DNA from: a virus
Taxonomy: Duplodnaviria > Caudoviricetes
DNA: 33,976 nt
Strand: one strand, 5' to 3'
IMG/VR virus record: IMGVR_UViG_3300046832_000245
Span: 1-33,976 of that record
Made by a program: the position numbers and the translations under genes. The notes beneath the pieces were generated by a model. That model searched no databases, had not been told where the DNA came from, and worked only from the letters and a program-made list of their open reading frames with translations. Positions 8,458 through 16,806 of the stretch are shown here, piece after piece (within the stretch, counting starts at the first letter, position 1; every line of letters begins with the position of its first letter).

Positions 8458-8900
8458 GATAGATGTTCCTTTTTATAATCGTCAAATCTTTCAAAAAAAA
8501 CCTCTTTCCACATAAGTGGAACAAGCTCTTTTGACTTTTCAATGCCAACACATTGAATAATTGCATAAGCAATAATATGTCCAGCTGCATAACGTAAAGA
8601 ATGGCTTATTTCAATTCCATGCTCATCTTTTTCTTTTTCAAACTTATTTGCAGTTACATAAGCAGACATAACAACTTCAAGCATTGGTGAGATAGCTGGA
8701 AATATATGGTTGTACAGTGGATTCGTTGGCAACCCAATTAAGCATATTCTAAATGCTTCATTAATTTGATCTTCACTAACTTCAACATCTTTATCAACTA
8801 AATCGTCCCATGTATGCAGTAATGTTCTAAACATTTCAAAGATATCTTCTCCATGTTTATTACCTCCAAATAAATCTATTATTTTCATATTAGTTAGCAC
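8454..8900 (-). CDS. Helical protein with DDxxD motif; putative isoprenoid-synthase/prenyltransferase fold
   Basis: HTWDDLVDKD at the end of a hydrophobic helix; apparently all-alpha; later ANKFEKE and LRY. The ORF is solid, the function is inferred. Confidence 0.55.
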   Translation of the reverse strand: MLTNMKIIDLFGGNKHGEDIFEMFRTLLHTWDDLVDKDVEVSEDQINEAFRICLIGLPTNPLYNHIFPAISPMLEVVMSAYVTANKFEKEKDEHGIEISHSLRYAAGHIIAYAIIQCVGIEKSKELVPLMWKEVFFERFDDYKKEHLS

Positions 8901-9345
8901 ACATTATAACCCAGTTAGTCCCATCACTTACCAATGTTGCACATTTACCAGCTGTAGCTGCAAGTATAGCCGTTCCAGCAGTTGCAGAAGCTATAGGAAC
9001 AACATTAGAAGATGCAGAAATAACAGTGAAAGCAGCTATTGTTTTTATTATTATTTCACGTCCCGTGTAAGATGATGCAGTTGGAAGTGTAACTGTTACT
9101 GAAGCTGCGCCATTAACAATAATATGGTTTTCAGTTGCACCCAAAGTAAATGCAGTTGTCTTTGTAACAGGTGCGCCACGACCAAACCCATTAACAATCT
9201 TAATTGTTGAATCTGTATTGAAAGCGCTAACTAATTGTGTTGGTGTAACTTTTGTAGTAATACCGCCAGAAACTAATGGCAACAAATCAGATGATGGAAC
9301 AACTGTGGTTACGACTGGTAAATTACTTATTGATACTGAAGCCAT
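8890..9345 (-). CDS. Short fibre/spike-like virion protein
   Basis: N-terminal ISNLP...DLLPLVSGGITTKVT and C-terminal TVTLPTA...GREIIIK...LVSDGTNW beta domain, both typical of phage fibre proteins. Confidence 0.7.
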   Translation of the reverse strand: MASVSISNLPVVTTVVPSSDLLPLVSGGITTKVTPTQLVSAFNTDSTIKIVNGFGRGAPVTKTTAFTLGATENHIIVNGAASVTVTLPTASSYTGREIIIKTIAAFTVISASSNVVPIASATAGTAILAATAGKCATLVSDGTNWVIMCAN

Positions 9346-9355
9346 TTTATATCCT

Positions 9356-9976
9356 TTAAATTAAAACTGCTGTAACTATAACACTTGGTGTTACAGGTAT
9401 TGCTAATGGTGGAGGTGATTCAGCAGGGAACGTTTCTAACATAATATTAGTATCATCTGCGTGCCATGCTAATTGTATATAATCACCAGATTTTAATGTA
9501 ATAATAAAATTCAATGCTGCAATCATTGCTCCATGATTACCACCATGAGACGATGTTATCGAGTATTTACTATTTGATGCTGGAATATCAACGCCGTTCT
9601 TTCTAAACCATATGTCTGCATCATTTATCTGAACAGAACCATTTGAGAACTGTATACTAAACTGTATGTTGTATGTGCCAGCATTGGCAAATGTTATTTT
9701 AGAGCCATCAACAATAGAAACACCATTTGATGAATCTGTTGATCCTATTTTAACAACATATGTATCATTAACGCTTGTTATTGTTTGGTTGGTTGTGTCA
9801 TAAAAAGAACCATAGTACGTTAATGATGAACTCTTGGAGTTATCATATAACAGTTGAAGCGCTGCCTGAATTTGTATAAATTCCTGCTCTAAATAACGTT
9901 TTAAATCAATAATTTCATTAGGAACTGGAGCTGGTGCGTATTCTAATGAGGTTGATCCACTTATTAATGTTGTCAT
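9356..9976 (-). CDS. Tail needle/fibre-like protein with C1q/TNF-like beta domain
   Basis: Short N-terminal helix (LKRYLEQEFIQIQAAL), then YGSFYDTT...ITFANAGTYNIQFSIQF...IWFRKNG...GDYIQL. Confidence 0.65.
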   Translation of the reverse strand: MTTLISGSTSLEYAPAPVPNEIIDLKRYLEQEFIQIQAALQLLYDNSKSSSLTYYGSFYDTTNQTITSVNDTYVVKIGSTDSSNGVSIVDGSKITFANAGTYNIQFSIQFSNGSVQINDADIWFRKNGVDIPASNSKYSITSSHGGNHGAMIAALNFIITLKSGDYIQLAWHADDTNIMLETFPAESPPPLAIPVTPSVIVTAVLI

Positions 9977-10125
9977 TATTTAAGAGATTTTAATAAGCCA
10001 AGTTTCTTATCTTCTGTTATAAATTCATTAGCAACCGACATAGGTATATCAACCTTTTTTGCAAACTTTTTATTATGTGCAACTGCAAGCATAAGTTTTT
10101 GTTGTTTCTTTGATTTTGTTGGCAT
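9976..10125 (-). CDS. Small basic phage protein (49 aa)
   Basis: Manual translation MPTKSKKQQKLMLAVAHNKKFAKKVDIPMSVANEFITEDKKLGLLKSLK*; GGAG upstream; TAATG coupling on both sides. Confidence 0.75.
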   Translation of the reverse strand: MPTKSKKQQKLMLAVAHNKKFAKKVDIPMSVANEFITEDKKLGLLKSLK

Positions 10126-10190
10126 TATCTTATTTCTCCAATGTTTCGTAAATAATCTTGAACAGTACCACCTTCATTAACACATGCCAT
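10125..10190 (-). CDS. Micro-ORF (21 aa)
   Basis: MACVNEGGTVQDYLRNIGEIR*; start overlaps the nozzle stop (TGATG), stop overlaps the next start (TAATG). Confidence 0.4.
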   Translation of the reverse strand: MACVNEGGTVQDYLRNIGEIR

Positions 10191-11821
10191 CACCAACCCC
10201 CAGTTTGATCTACTTCAATATCAAAAGAATCTAAACGCCATTGATATGCAGTACCAGTTAAGAATTTAATAGAAATGTATCTACCAGACACTAAACAATC
10301 ATTAGCAATTGTAGTTCCTATTGTATGCGTCATAGTATCCGAATAGGTAGGATTTCCCCACGGATCATCTTGAGAACCTACCTGTATAAGCACTGTGTCG
10401 CCTGTATTGCCTGTTATTCTTGGTCTAATACCTTTTATCAACTTTATGTTTTCAGGCATCTCAAACGATAATCCTCTACGTTCTAAGTATGCTTGTGGAA
10501 GCACACCATCAAACGATGCTGAAGCATCAAGCATATATAGTTTAACATCAGAACTTCCAGCAATAACCCTAGCATTACTTGGAACAAAGTCTGGACCGTT
10601 CCACAATGTTAAGTCAGAAGCCCACGGCTGAGAATCTTGCGCCCAATTGCCTGTTAATCCATTATCAACAGGACCATATCCTGCATGGTTAATATTAGGC
10701 ATTTGACGAGTTGATACAGTTTTATCTTTGTAATTATATACAAGTGATGTGTCACAAGATGTTGCTCCTATGGATGGGAAGCATACATATACTTCATTAA
10801 AGAATGGGTTGGTAAATACAAAACATTTACTTACATTATCAACATCTATGTTTTGAAATAACCAACGCCTTGTTGCCTTATCAAGTACAGATTGTGCTGT
10901 GCTTCCGTCATGAATAATAACGTCATTATTGGTTAATACAACATGGAAACCATCAATATCAGTAACACAGTTACGGTTCATGATTCCTGATTTATTAAAC
11001 ACCTTTGATGATTTGAATATGTAATTACCACCAACATAGTCCAATCTCCATGTACTGTTCTCTTTATACACAATAAATGAGTCACGCAACTGCATACCAT
11101 CAATAACAACGTCATAACCTTCAGCAAGGTCAAACTCACCTGATAGGTTAGTTGGATCAGTTTCGTCCCATGTTGATGGTAATCCACCAGGATCTGCTGG
11201 TTGTGACCACTTCACCATATATGGATAAGTAGCTGTTGATTTGGTGACATTTAAAGCAATTAAAAAGTTTTTATAAGCCCTAATTGACTTGCAATACATA
11301 TTGCTATGCCAGTTTGGTAAACTTATAAACTTTGATGTATTACTAAGATTCCACGCCATCGGTGGAAAGTTACTATCTGCTGCATTAATGACTGGAACGC
11401 CTGACAACAAAGCAGATGTCCAACTCATTGGATTTCCAACACCACCGTTAATTAATGTTTCACCGCTTTCAGCAGTAAGTGTTAATCCAGATTCTGTAAC
11501 AAGGTCAAGATAATAACCATTCCATAATGGATTGGTAATATCTGTATGCTGTGAGCCTGTTGGTGTATTAGTAACTGAAAATTGTTTGTAGTTAGATAAA
11601 TAAACCCAATAACGATTTCCTTGAACATTACAAGGCAATACATGAAGTGGCGCATAAGAAGGCGTATTATAGACTTCACCATGCCCTAAATACTGCAAAG
11701 CATAGCCATCTAAAAACCTAATATTCTTTGCGTCACTCCATGCGTTAATTGGCATTTCAGACTGTGATAGGTCACGATTAAGACCTATCTGTCCAGTTCC
11801 TTTTACCTTAACCAGTGGCAT
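10190..11821 (-). CDS. Tail nozzle / DNA stabilisation protein (P22 gp10-like beta-propeller)
   Basis: GLNRD...AKNIRF N-terminus, VKWS...P.TW, LVYNY and C-terminal GRYISIKF...WRL patterns; size and position. Confidence 0.8.
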   Translation of the reverse strand: MPLVKVKGTGQIGLNRDLSQSEMPINAWSDAKNIRFLDGYALQYLGHGEVYNTPSYAPLHVLPCNVQGNRYWVYLSNYKQFSVTNTPTGSQHTDITNPLWNGYYLDLVTESGLTLTAESGETLINGGVGNPMSWTSALLSGVPVINAADSNFPPMAWNLSNTSKFISLPNWHSNMYCKSIRAYKNFLIALNVTKSTATYPYMVKWSQPADPGGLPSTWDETDPTNLSGEFDLAEGYDVVIDGMQLRDSFIVYKENSTWRLDYVGGNYIFKSSKVFNKSGIMNRNCVTDIDGFHVVLTNNDVIIHDGSTAQSVLDKATRRWLFQNIDVDNVSKCFVFTNPFFNEVYVCFPSIGATSCDTSLVYNYKDKTVSTRQMPNINHAGYGPVDNGLTGNWAQDSQPWASDLTLWNGPDFVPSNARVIAGSSDVKLYMLDASASFDGVLPQAYLERRGLSFEMPENIKLIKGIRPRITGNTGDTVLIQVGSQDDPWGNPTYSDTMTHTIGTTIANDCLVSGRYISIKFLTGTAYQWRLDSFDIEVDQTGGW

Positions 11822-12289
11822 TTATATAGCCTTACCTGTCAATATTTGAGCTTTACGACCTGCCGCCAAATAAGGTGCAGGAGGTGTTAAAGCTGGATCA
11901 ACATTAGTTGCTGATAAATAATCAAGAGTTTGACTCATAGAATCAAGTGCAAGATTAACTTCAGTCACTCTAATATCTTGAAAACGAGTCCAAAACACTT
12001 TTACTATAGGATCAGTTGAGTTTTGAATGTACGCTTGTTCCTGTGGATAAAATAGCATCATAAACTGCACTGCTGTTACTATCGGAGGCACAGGCACAGG
12101 TGTTGGAGGCACAGGAGGAGGTGGAGGCGCACTCCACTTCTTAGTTGTTTCATTGTACAACCATCCGTTTTCAACATCTGCTGGCACAACAATAAATTCA
12201 GCGGCAACTGTTGGATAGTAAATAGTGGTTGGATCAGTAGTTGTTACATCAACAGCTACGTCATTAACATTTCTTGCATAATTTGTCAT
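11822..12289 (-). CDS. Tail-fibre-associated protein with proline-rich linker
   Basis: VPADVENGWLY...WSAPPPPPVPPTPVPVPP; directly downstream of the Gly-rich fibre gene. Confidence 0.65.
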   Translation of the reverse strand: MTNYARNVNDVAVDVTTTDPTTIYYPTVAAEFIVVPADVENGWLYNETTKKWSAPPPPPVPPTPVPVPPIVTAVQFMMLFYPQEQAYIQNSTDPIVKVFWTRFQDIRVTEVNLALDSMSQTLDYLSATNVDPALTPPAPYLAAGRKAQILTGKAI

Positions 12290-12290
12290 T

Positions 12291-13313
12291 TTAGTAACCT
12301 TCTGTCCAATACAATATTACTGCGCCTGTTCCACCAGAGCCTGCTTGAGTAGTAGTATTACCACCACCACCACCACCACCAAAGCCACCATCTCCTCCAG
12401 TGCTAGCAGCACCTCCACCACCACCAAAACCACCATTACCCGCAGTAGCTCCTCCACCGCCAAAACCACCACTGCCACCACTACTACTGCCAGTACCACC
12501 CCCACCTCCGCCTGTTGCGCCTACACCGCCAAAACTGCTGCCATAACCACCGCCACCGCCAAATGTTTTGGTAATTAATTGTAAAAATGGAGAGCTTAAA
12601 TTGTTGCTTGTAGCTGCTGTTGTTGAAGTTCCTCCTTGTCCATTTAGCCCTGCGCCTCCATTAGAACCAGAACTAGCTGTTCCTCCTCCCACCGTACTAC
12701 CAGTTGTACCAACAATTGATCCTGCAAACCCAACGCCAGCGCCACCACTATAGTATCCTGTTGCTGTTAATCCACAGTTACCTCCTCCTAATCCACCACC
12801 ACCCGCATTACCACCTGTTGACGAACCACCATAACCACCAACACCATAAAAAGAGCCAGCCGCACCACCACCTCCTTTTCCTGCTGTTGTAGCTGTGCCA
12901 CCAACACCGCCAGAAGCTGTCATAAACCCACGTAATAACGGTGAGCCAGAACCAGAACCACCTGCTCCGCCTGTTCCTGCACTTCCGCTTGTACCGCCTG
13001 TTGCAGATAACAATGTACCAAATGATGAAGTACCTGCTGATGCACCTATTGTAATGGTTGGTAATAATTGACCTGGTATTACATCGACAATACCAAATGC
13101 AAAACCACCGCCACCACCGCCACCAGCAAGTGTGCTATTACCAGCACCATTGCCACCACCGCCAAAAACAGCTACGCCTATTTGAAACACATTTTGTGGG
13201 ACAGTTTCGGTTGATGTAGTTGTAGTGATTAATTTATATTGCCTCCATTCAGCAGGAGCAACACGAACAAAACCATTAGGCGGTAAAGGATAGCCATACG
13301 AACCTTTATTCAT
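12291..13313 (-). CDS. Glycine-rich tail fibre tip / adhesin
   Basis: TVPQNV...VAVFGGGGNG, many GGGG runs, C-terminal GGTGAVILYW. Confidence 0.8.
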   Translation of the reverse strand: MNKGSYGYPLPPNGFVRVAPAEWRQYKLITTTTSTETVPQNVFQIGVAVFGGGGNGAGNSTLAGGGGGGGFAFGIVDVIPGQLLPTITIGASAGTSSFGTLLSATGGTSGSAGTGGAGGSGSGSPLLRGFMTASGGVGGTATTAGKGGGGAAGSFYGVGGYGGSSTGGNAGGGGLGGGNCGLTATGYYSGGAGVGFAGSIVGTTGSTVGGGTASSGSNGGAGLNGQGGTSTTAATSNNLSSPFLQLITKTFGGGGGYGSSFGGVGATGGGGGGTGSSSGGSGGFGGGGATAGNGGFGGGGGAASTGGDGGFGGGGGGGNTTTQAGSGGTGAVILYWTEGY

Positions 13314-13714
13314 TAGAAGTTACCTCCATAAGCAATAACTTTTACGCCAGTTTGAGCAATAGTGGTTGTTGCTCTTAATGAATAACCAGTCGGTATAATC
13401 ATCGGCATAACATTTGGCGAATTGTTAGTTGATGTTATTGCGTTAAATGCAACAGCAGTTGTGCTTGATGTGACAGCATTAATTGGTATTTGTTGACACA
13501 AATGATAGGTTGTTCCATCGTAAATAAATAAATTAACAATACCTGCCACTGTGTTTGCTACACCTTGAATATCAATAAAATCAATACGAGTGCCATTCGA
13601 ACCAGCCGTTAAAACTGTTCCGACTGTTGTAGGAGCAGTCAATGAAGTATCTGCGGTTGTTAGTAGTGCCGCTCCAAATACGGGAGTTGAGGCATATTGT
13701 GCTGTAGTTGACAT
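13313..13714 (-). CDS. Tail-fibre module protein (133 aa)
   Basis: Thr/Ala/Val-rich beta protein between the fibre and adhesin genes; translationally coupled. Confidence 0.6.
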   Translation of the reverse strand: MSTTAQYASTPVFGAALLTTADTSLTAPTTVGTVLTAGSNGTRIDFIDIQGVANTVAGIVNLFIYDGTTYHLCQQIPINAVTSSTTAVAFNAITSTNNSPNVMPMIIPTGYSLRATTTIAQTGVKVIAYGGNF

Positions 13715-13715
13715 A

Positions 13716-14552
13716 TTAAATTATCCCTTGAGCCATTAATAAATAAGATGGAATAACAAGCTCTGCCCAACTTGCATTAGTGCCATCAGTTGTGACAAAC
13801 TTTCCTGCGTTTCCTGCTTGTGCGGGTAGTGCTGCGTTAAATGCTGTTGCAGTAACAAAAGCGCAGGTTGCTATTTGATTCGTACTTGTACCAGTTGATG
13901 CAGTTGTCGACGTTGGTGTTCCAGTTAATGCAGGAGAAGCTAAAGGAGCTAATAAGTCTGCTGTATTTTTTACAAATTCTGTTGTTGCAAGGTTTGTTGT
14001 ATTATCACCAACAGTTCTTGTTAAACCAACAGCTTCATTTAATGTTGTTTTACCAGTTACACCAAGCGTACCTGTCACCAACTCATTACCATCAACAGTA
14101 AAGTTACCTGTTAACTTTTGATTACCTGTCTTGCTTAAAAACTCCGATCCACCTAACGTAACAAAATTAGTTCCGTCGTACATTAACAACATTGGATAAC
14201 CAGCTACAATGTCACCAGCCGTAGGATCAGCACCAGCCATCGTTTTGATTGATTTAACACCTAAACCAGACACATTGACGGTTAATGCACCTGTATTGGT
14301 TACTGCTGCTTTATATAGCAAGCACAACATAGGCGTGTAGCCAATTAGAGCAGTGCTAGGCGTTAATATGTGACCTGTTGCTGTACCTGTATCGGTTGCA
14401 GTCACTAAAATAGCGCCAGTAAAGCCATTAAGCGTTTCTTTTAATACTGTCTTAAGTAGTCTTAAATGATCGTCGCCTTGACTCTTTGGATCAGATGACG
14501 TTGGATTTGTAATAGCCAAGTCATTAATATAATTTCCGCTTTCTAATGCCAT
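13716..14552 (-). CDS. Tail fibre protein (virion-anchoring subunit)
   Basis: N-terminal MALESGNYINDL...NP...D.KSQGDDHLRLLK anchor; NTGALTVNV, YDGTNF, LATTEFV, SPALTGTPT and GNAGKFVTTDG fibre motifs. Confidence 0.85.
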   Translation of the reverse strand: MALESGNYINDLAITNPTSSDPKSQGDDHLRLLKTVLKETLNGFTGAILVTATDTGTATGHILTPSTALIGYTPMLCLLYKAAVTNTGALTVNVSGLGVKSIKTMAGADPTAGDIVAGYPMLLMYDGTNFVTLGGSEFLSKTGNQKLTGNFTVDGNELVTGTLGVTGKTTLNEAVGLTRTVGDNTTNLATTEFVKNTADLLAPLASPALTGTPTSTTASTGTSTNQIATCAFVTATAFNAALPAQAGNAGKFVTTDGTNASWAELVIPSYLLMAQGII

Positions 14553-14555
14553 TTC

Positions 14556-15164
14556 TTACCCCTGTTTGGTAGCCATAGCTGCATCTTGATTCCAGTTTGC
14601 GATATTAGCTCGTTCTTTGTCTGCATTATACAATGATTCCATTGCTCCAACCATTTCTGCATCTCTAATAAACGTTGCTGCGTATATCAAACAGCAATGT
14701 AAATACATGTCAGGATAAGCAGTTAATAAATCATTAGTTGGATTGCTATCACTTAATGAAGGAACTGTGCAGTTATACTCTAAAACAATATCATAGTCAC
14801 CATTAGGAATAGGTCCTAACTTTAGCTTAGTGTTTAATATACTATAACTTTGTGGAATATTGCTTGTGTAACTACCCCATCTATTTCTCAATAATTGCGC
14901 TGGCATTTTATCAAGAACATACATAACACTACCCATAGTAATAGTAGCATCAACCATGCTTCTAAAATCAGAAGGTAATGGAACTGTATCACTGCCAGAA
15001 ACAGTTGTTATTGTTGTTGATTTTTGAAGTTGGTCAACATCTAATTCTAAAGACATTCTGCTTTCAGCCAGCGTTATAAAGTCTGGTATAACAGCAGATA
15101 AATCGTTGCGATGAATCCAGTTAGCTATTGAGCTTTTAAGTTCTGTAAAATTAGATAATGCCAT
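14556..15164 (-). CDS. Head-to-tail adaptor
   Basis: ELKSSIANWIHRNDL...IPDFITLAE...LPSDF...PIPNGDY...TNDLLTAYPDMYL pattern; position after the capsid genes. Confidence 0.8.
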   Translation of the reverse strand: MALSNFTELKSSIANWIHRNDLSAVIPDFITLAESRMSLELDVDQLQKSTTITTVSGSDTVPLPSDFRSMVDATITMGSVMYVLDKMPAQLLRNRWGSYTSNIPQSYSILNTKLKLGPIPNGDYDIVLEYNCTVPSLSDSNPTNDLLTAYPDMYLHCCLIYAATFIRDAEMVGAMESLYNADKERANIANWNQDAAMATKQG

Positions 15165-15451
15165 TACACTTTACCTTTCCAGATTCTAAAACCTTCTAAA
15201 CTTTTATCGTTTAAAAGAGTTTTTATATGTTCTTTATTACGCATAAACTCGGTGAACGTTATCCCAGTCCTATTGATATAAGACTCAATAATCACCATAG
15301 GAATAGTTGCAGCGTGTTTCATCTCATGACTGCCAGTATTTCCTTGCTCAACACTTTCTTTTACATTATCAAGAATCTGAGTAGTATCTTGAAAAGATTG
15401 AACAATTACTTTGTCATCTTGATTAACAAAACGAGTTTGCATTTCCATCAA
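15164..15451 (-). CDS. Conserved-type phage protein (95 aa)
   Basis: QD...IL...MKHAATIPMVIIE...LND...FRIWKG; coupled to both neighbours. Confidence 0.75.
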   Translation of the reverse strand: MMEMQTRFVNQDDKVIVQSFQDTTQILDNVKESVEQGNTGSHEMKHAATIPMVIIESYINRTGITFTEFMRNKEHIKTLLNDKSLEGFRIWKGKV

Positions 15452-15750
15452 ACATTATCCAACGGGATCACGTTTACTTTACCTGCTGCTGTATCTTGTA
15501 TTGCTGCAACATGCGTATTACCACTAACAACAATATATAACTCTTCATTCGGCTGTAGAAGTATATCATTACCAGTTGCTGTAACTGATGAATCACCTAT
15601 CTTTACAAACGCATAAGCTGTTGATGCAATTCTTAAATAACTAGGTTTTTGAGCTGCTGCGTTAGTTGGTATTGTAATTCTTGTAGATGTTGCGCCAGTT
15701 GTAATTGTACTGCCAACTGCGCCAATCTGTAGTGCATCACTAAACGACAT
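15448..15750 (-). CDS. Putative capsid decoration / small structural protein
   Basis: Small beta-rich protein directly after the major capsid gene; AAGGA upstream. Confidence 0.55.
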   Translation of the reverse strand: MSFSDALQIGAVGSTITTGATSTRITIPTNAAAQKPSYLRIASTAYAFVKIGDSSVTATGNDILLQPNEELYIVVSGNTHVAAIQDTAAGKVNVIPLDNV

Positions 15751-15765
15751 AATATTTTTCCTTTA

Positions 15766-15793
15766 AAAGGCGAGTGGGATTTTACACCCACTC
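15766..15793 (-). terminator. Hairpin after the major capsid gene (weak terminator or mRNA stabiliser)
   Basis: GAGTGGG (15772-15778) pairs with CCCACTC (15787-15793); on the minus strand it is followed by GCCTTTT. Confidence 0.6.
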
Positions 15794-15803
15794 TATTTTA
15801 ATC

Positions 15804-16787
15804 TTACAACAAGTCTTTTACTGCACCAGAAGCTTTCTCTTGACGAGATTCTAATGTGTATTCAACTGTGATAAGTTTTTTATCAGCATCACCAGTTTTA
15901 GCTAAATCAACTGTTTCAAAAGGACGTAAAGTTGCCAATGCCCATTTATCAGTTTCCAAAATAAATGCAGTTCTTGCACGTTGGAATCTGTTTGGCATGA
16001 TTTGTAAAGTACCAAAGTCACTTACATAAACATCAACAGCAGCTGTTACTGATTTGTCTTCTGACTTGTCGAAACGAGTAGAGCCACCAGTAAAGGTTGA
16101 GAATGTTTGTTTTTGACTTGGACCGACCATAATCATGTCGGGTTCGCCACCTTGCGCATAGATGCTTTGTAATACTGATTTTACTTGAGATTCCAAGAAA
16201 GCACGTTGAGTACCGTCAGTTGGAGGCGCCCAAGAACCCATAGTATAAACAGGAGCAACACCAGAAGCACCTAAGTCTACGTTAGTTGCAATCCAACCTT
16301 CAAGACCACGCAAATAACGAGCAGCAGATGTAGAACCTGCGCAAGTTGCAGTATTTGCAGCGTTAGAAACAGCTCCAGCAGTACCGTTAGCAGCCGAACA
16401 CAATGCAGCTTCCATATCTCTTTTAAGCTCAGAAGCTTTCATAGAGATTTGATAACCTAGTTCATTGTTACGACCAGCAGCCTTAACTGATTGGTTAGTA
16501 CCTGAAATAACAACGTTTTTAGTTGAGATTTGAGTGTAGTTACCTAAACGAGTTGTTGGTGTTACAGTGCCGAAAGTTGAAACGTCATCACCCTCGATTT
16601 GAGCATTAGAAGTTACCGCTGCTAAATCTTGAGTTTGCCATTCATGAAAAGTGTTAGTTGCTTTTACTTTAGGAATTGCCGACATAAATGGAGTTTTAGT
16701 CGGAGTGATTTGATAAATCATATTTGTCAAATCTTCACGAATACCTTTAGCTTGAAAAGTCTGATATGTACCAGATACAATTGCCAT
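15804..16787 (-). CDS. Major capsid protein (DUF5309/SU10-like)
   Basis: GIREDL...I.P..TPF...HEWQTQDL...GNYTQI...ELKRDME...YVSDFG.L.I.PNRF...LAKTGD pattern; follows the scaffold gene. Confidence 0.92.
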   Translation of the reverse strand: MAIVSGTYQTFQAKGIREDLTNMIYQITPTKTPFMSAIPKVKATNTFHEWQTQDLAAVTSNAQIEGDDVSTFGTVTPTTRLGNYTQISTKNVVISGTNQSVKAAGRNNELGYQISMKASELKRDMEAALCSAANGTAGAVSNAANTATCAGSTSAARYLRGLEGWIATNVDLGASGVAPVYTMGSWAPPTDGTQRAFLESQVKSVLQSIYAQGGEPDMIMVGPSQKQTFSTFTGGSTRFDKSEDKSVTAAVDVYVSDFGTLQIMPNRFQRARTAFILETDKWALATLRPFETVDLAKTGDADKKLITVEYTLESRQEKASGAVKDLL

Positions 16788-16806
16788 CTTAATTACCTAC
16801 TATAAT

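Noticed and set aside
12317-12892. Poly-Val, poly-Thr and poly-His ORFs and CCACCA repeats
   Set aside because: Other-frame readings of Gly codon runs in the adhesin gene; not separate genes and not a CRISPR array.
8890-14552. Diversity-generating retroelement acting on the fibre genes
   Set aside because: No reverse transcriptase ORF and no template/variable repeat pair noticed.
15750-15810. Capsid read-through or frameshift extension
   Set aside because: The capsid gene ends in TAA followed by a hairpin, the next gene has its own RBS, and no slippery site was noticed.
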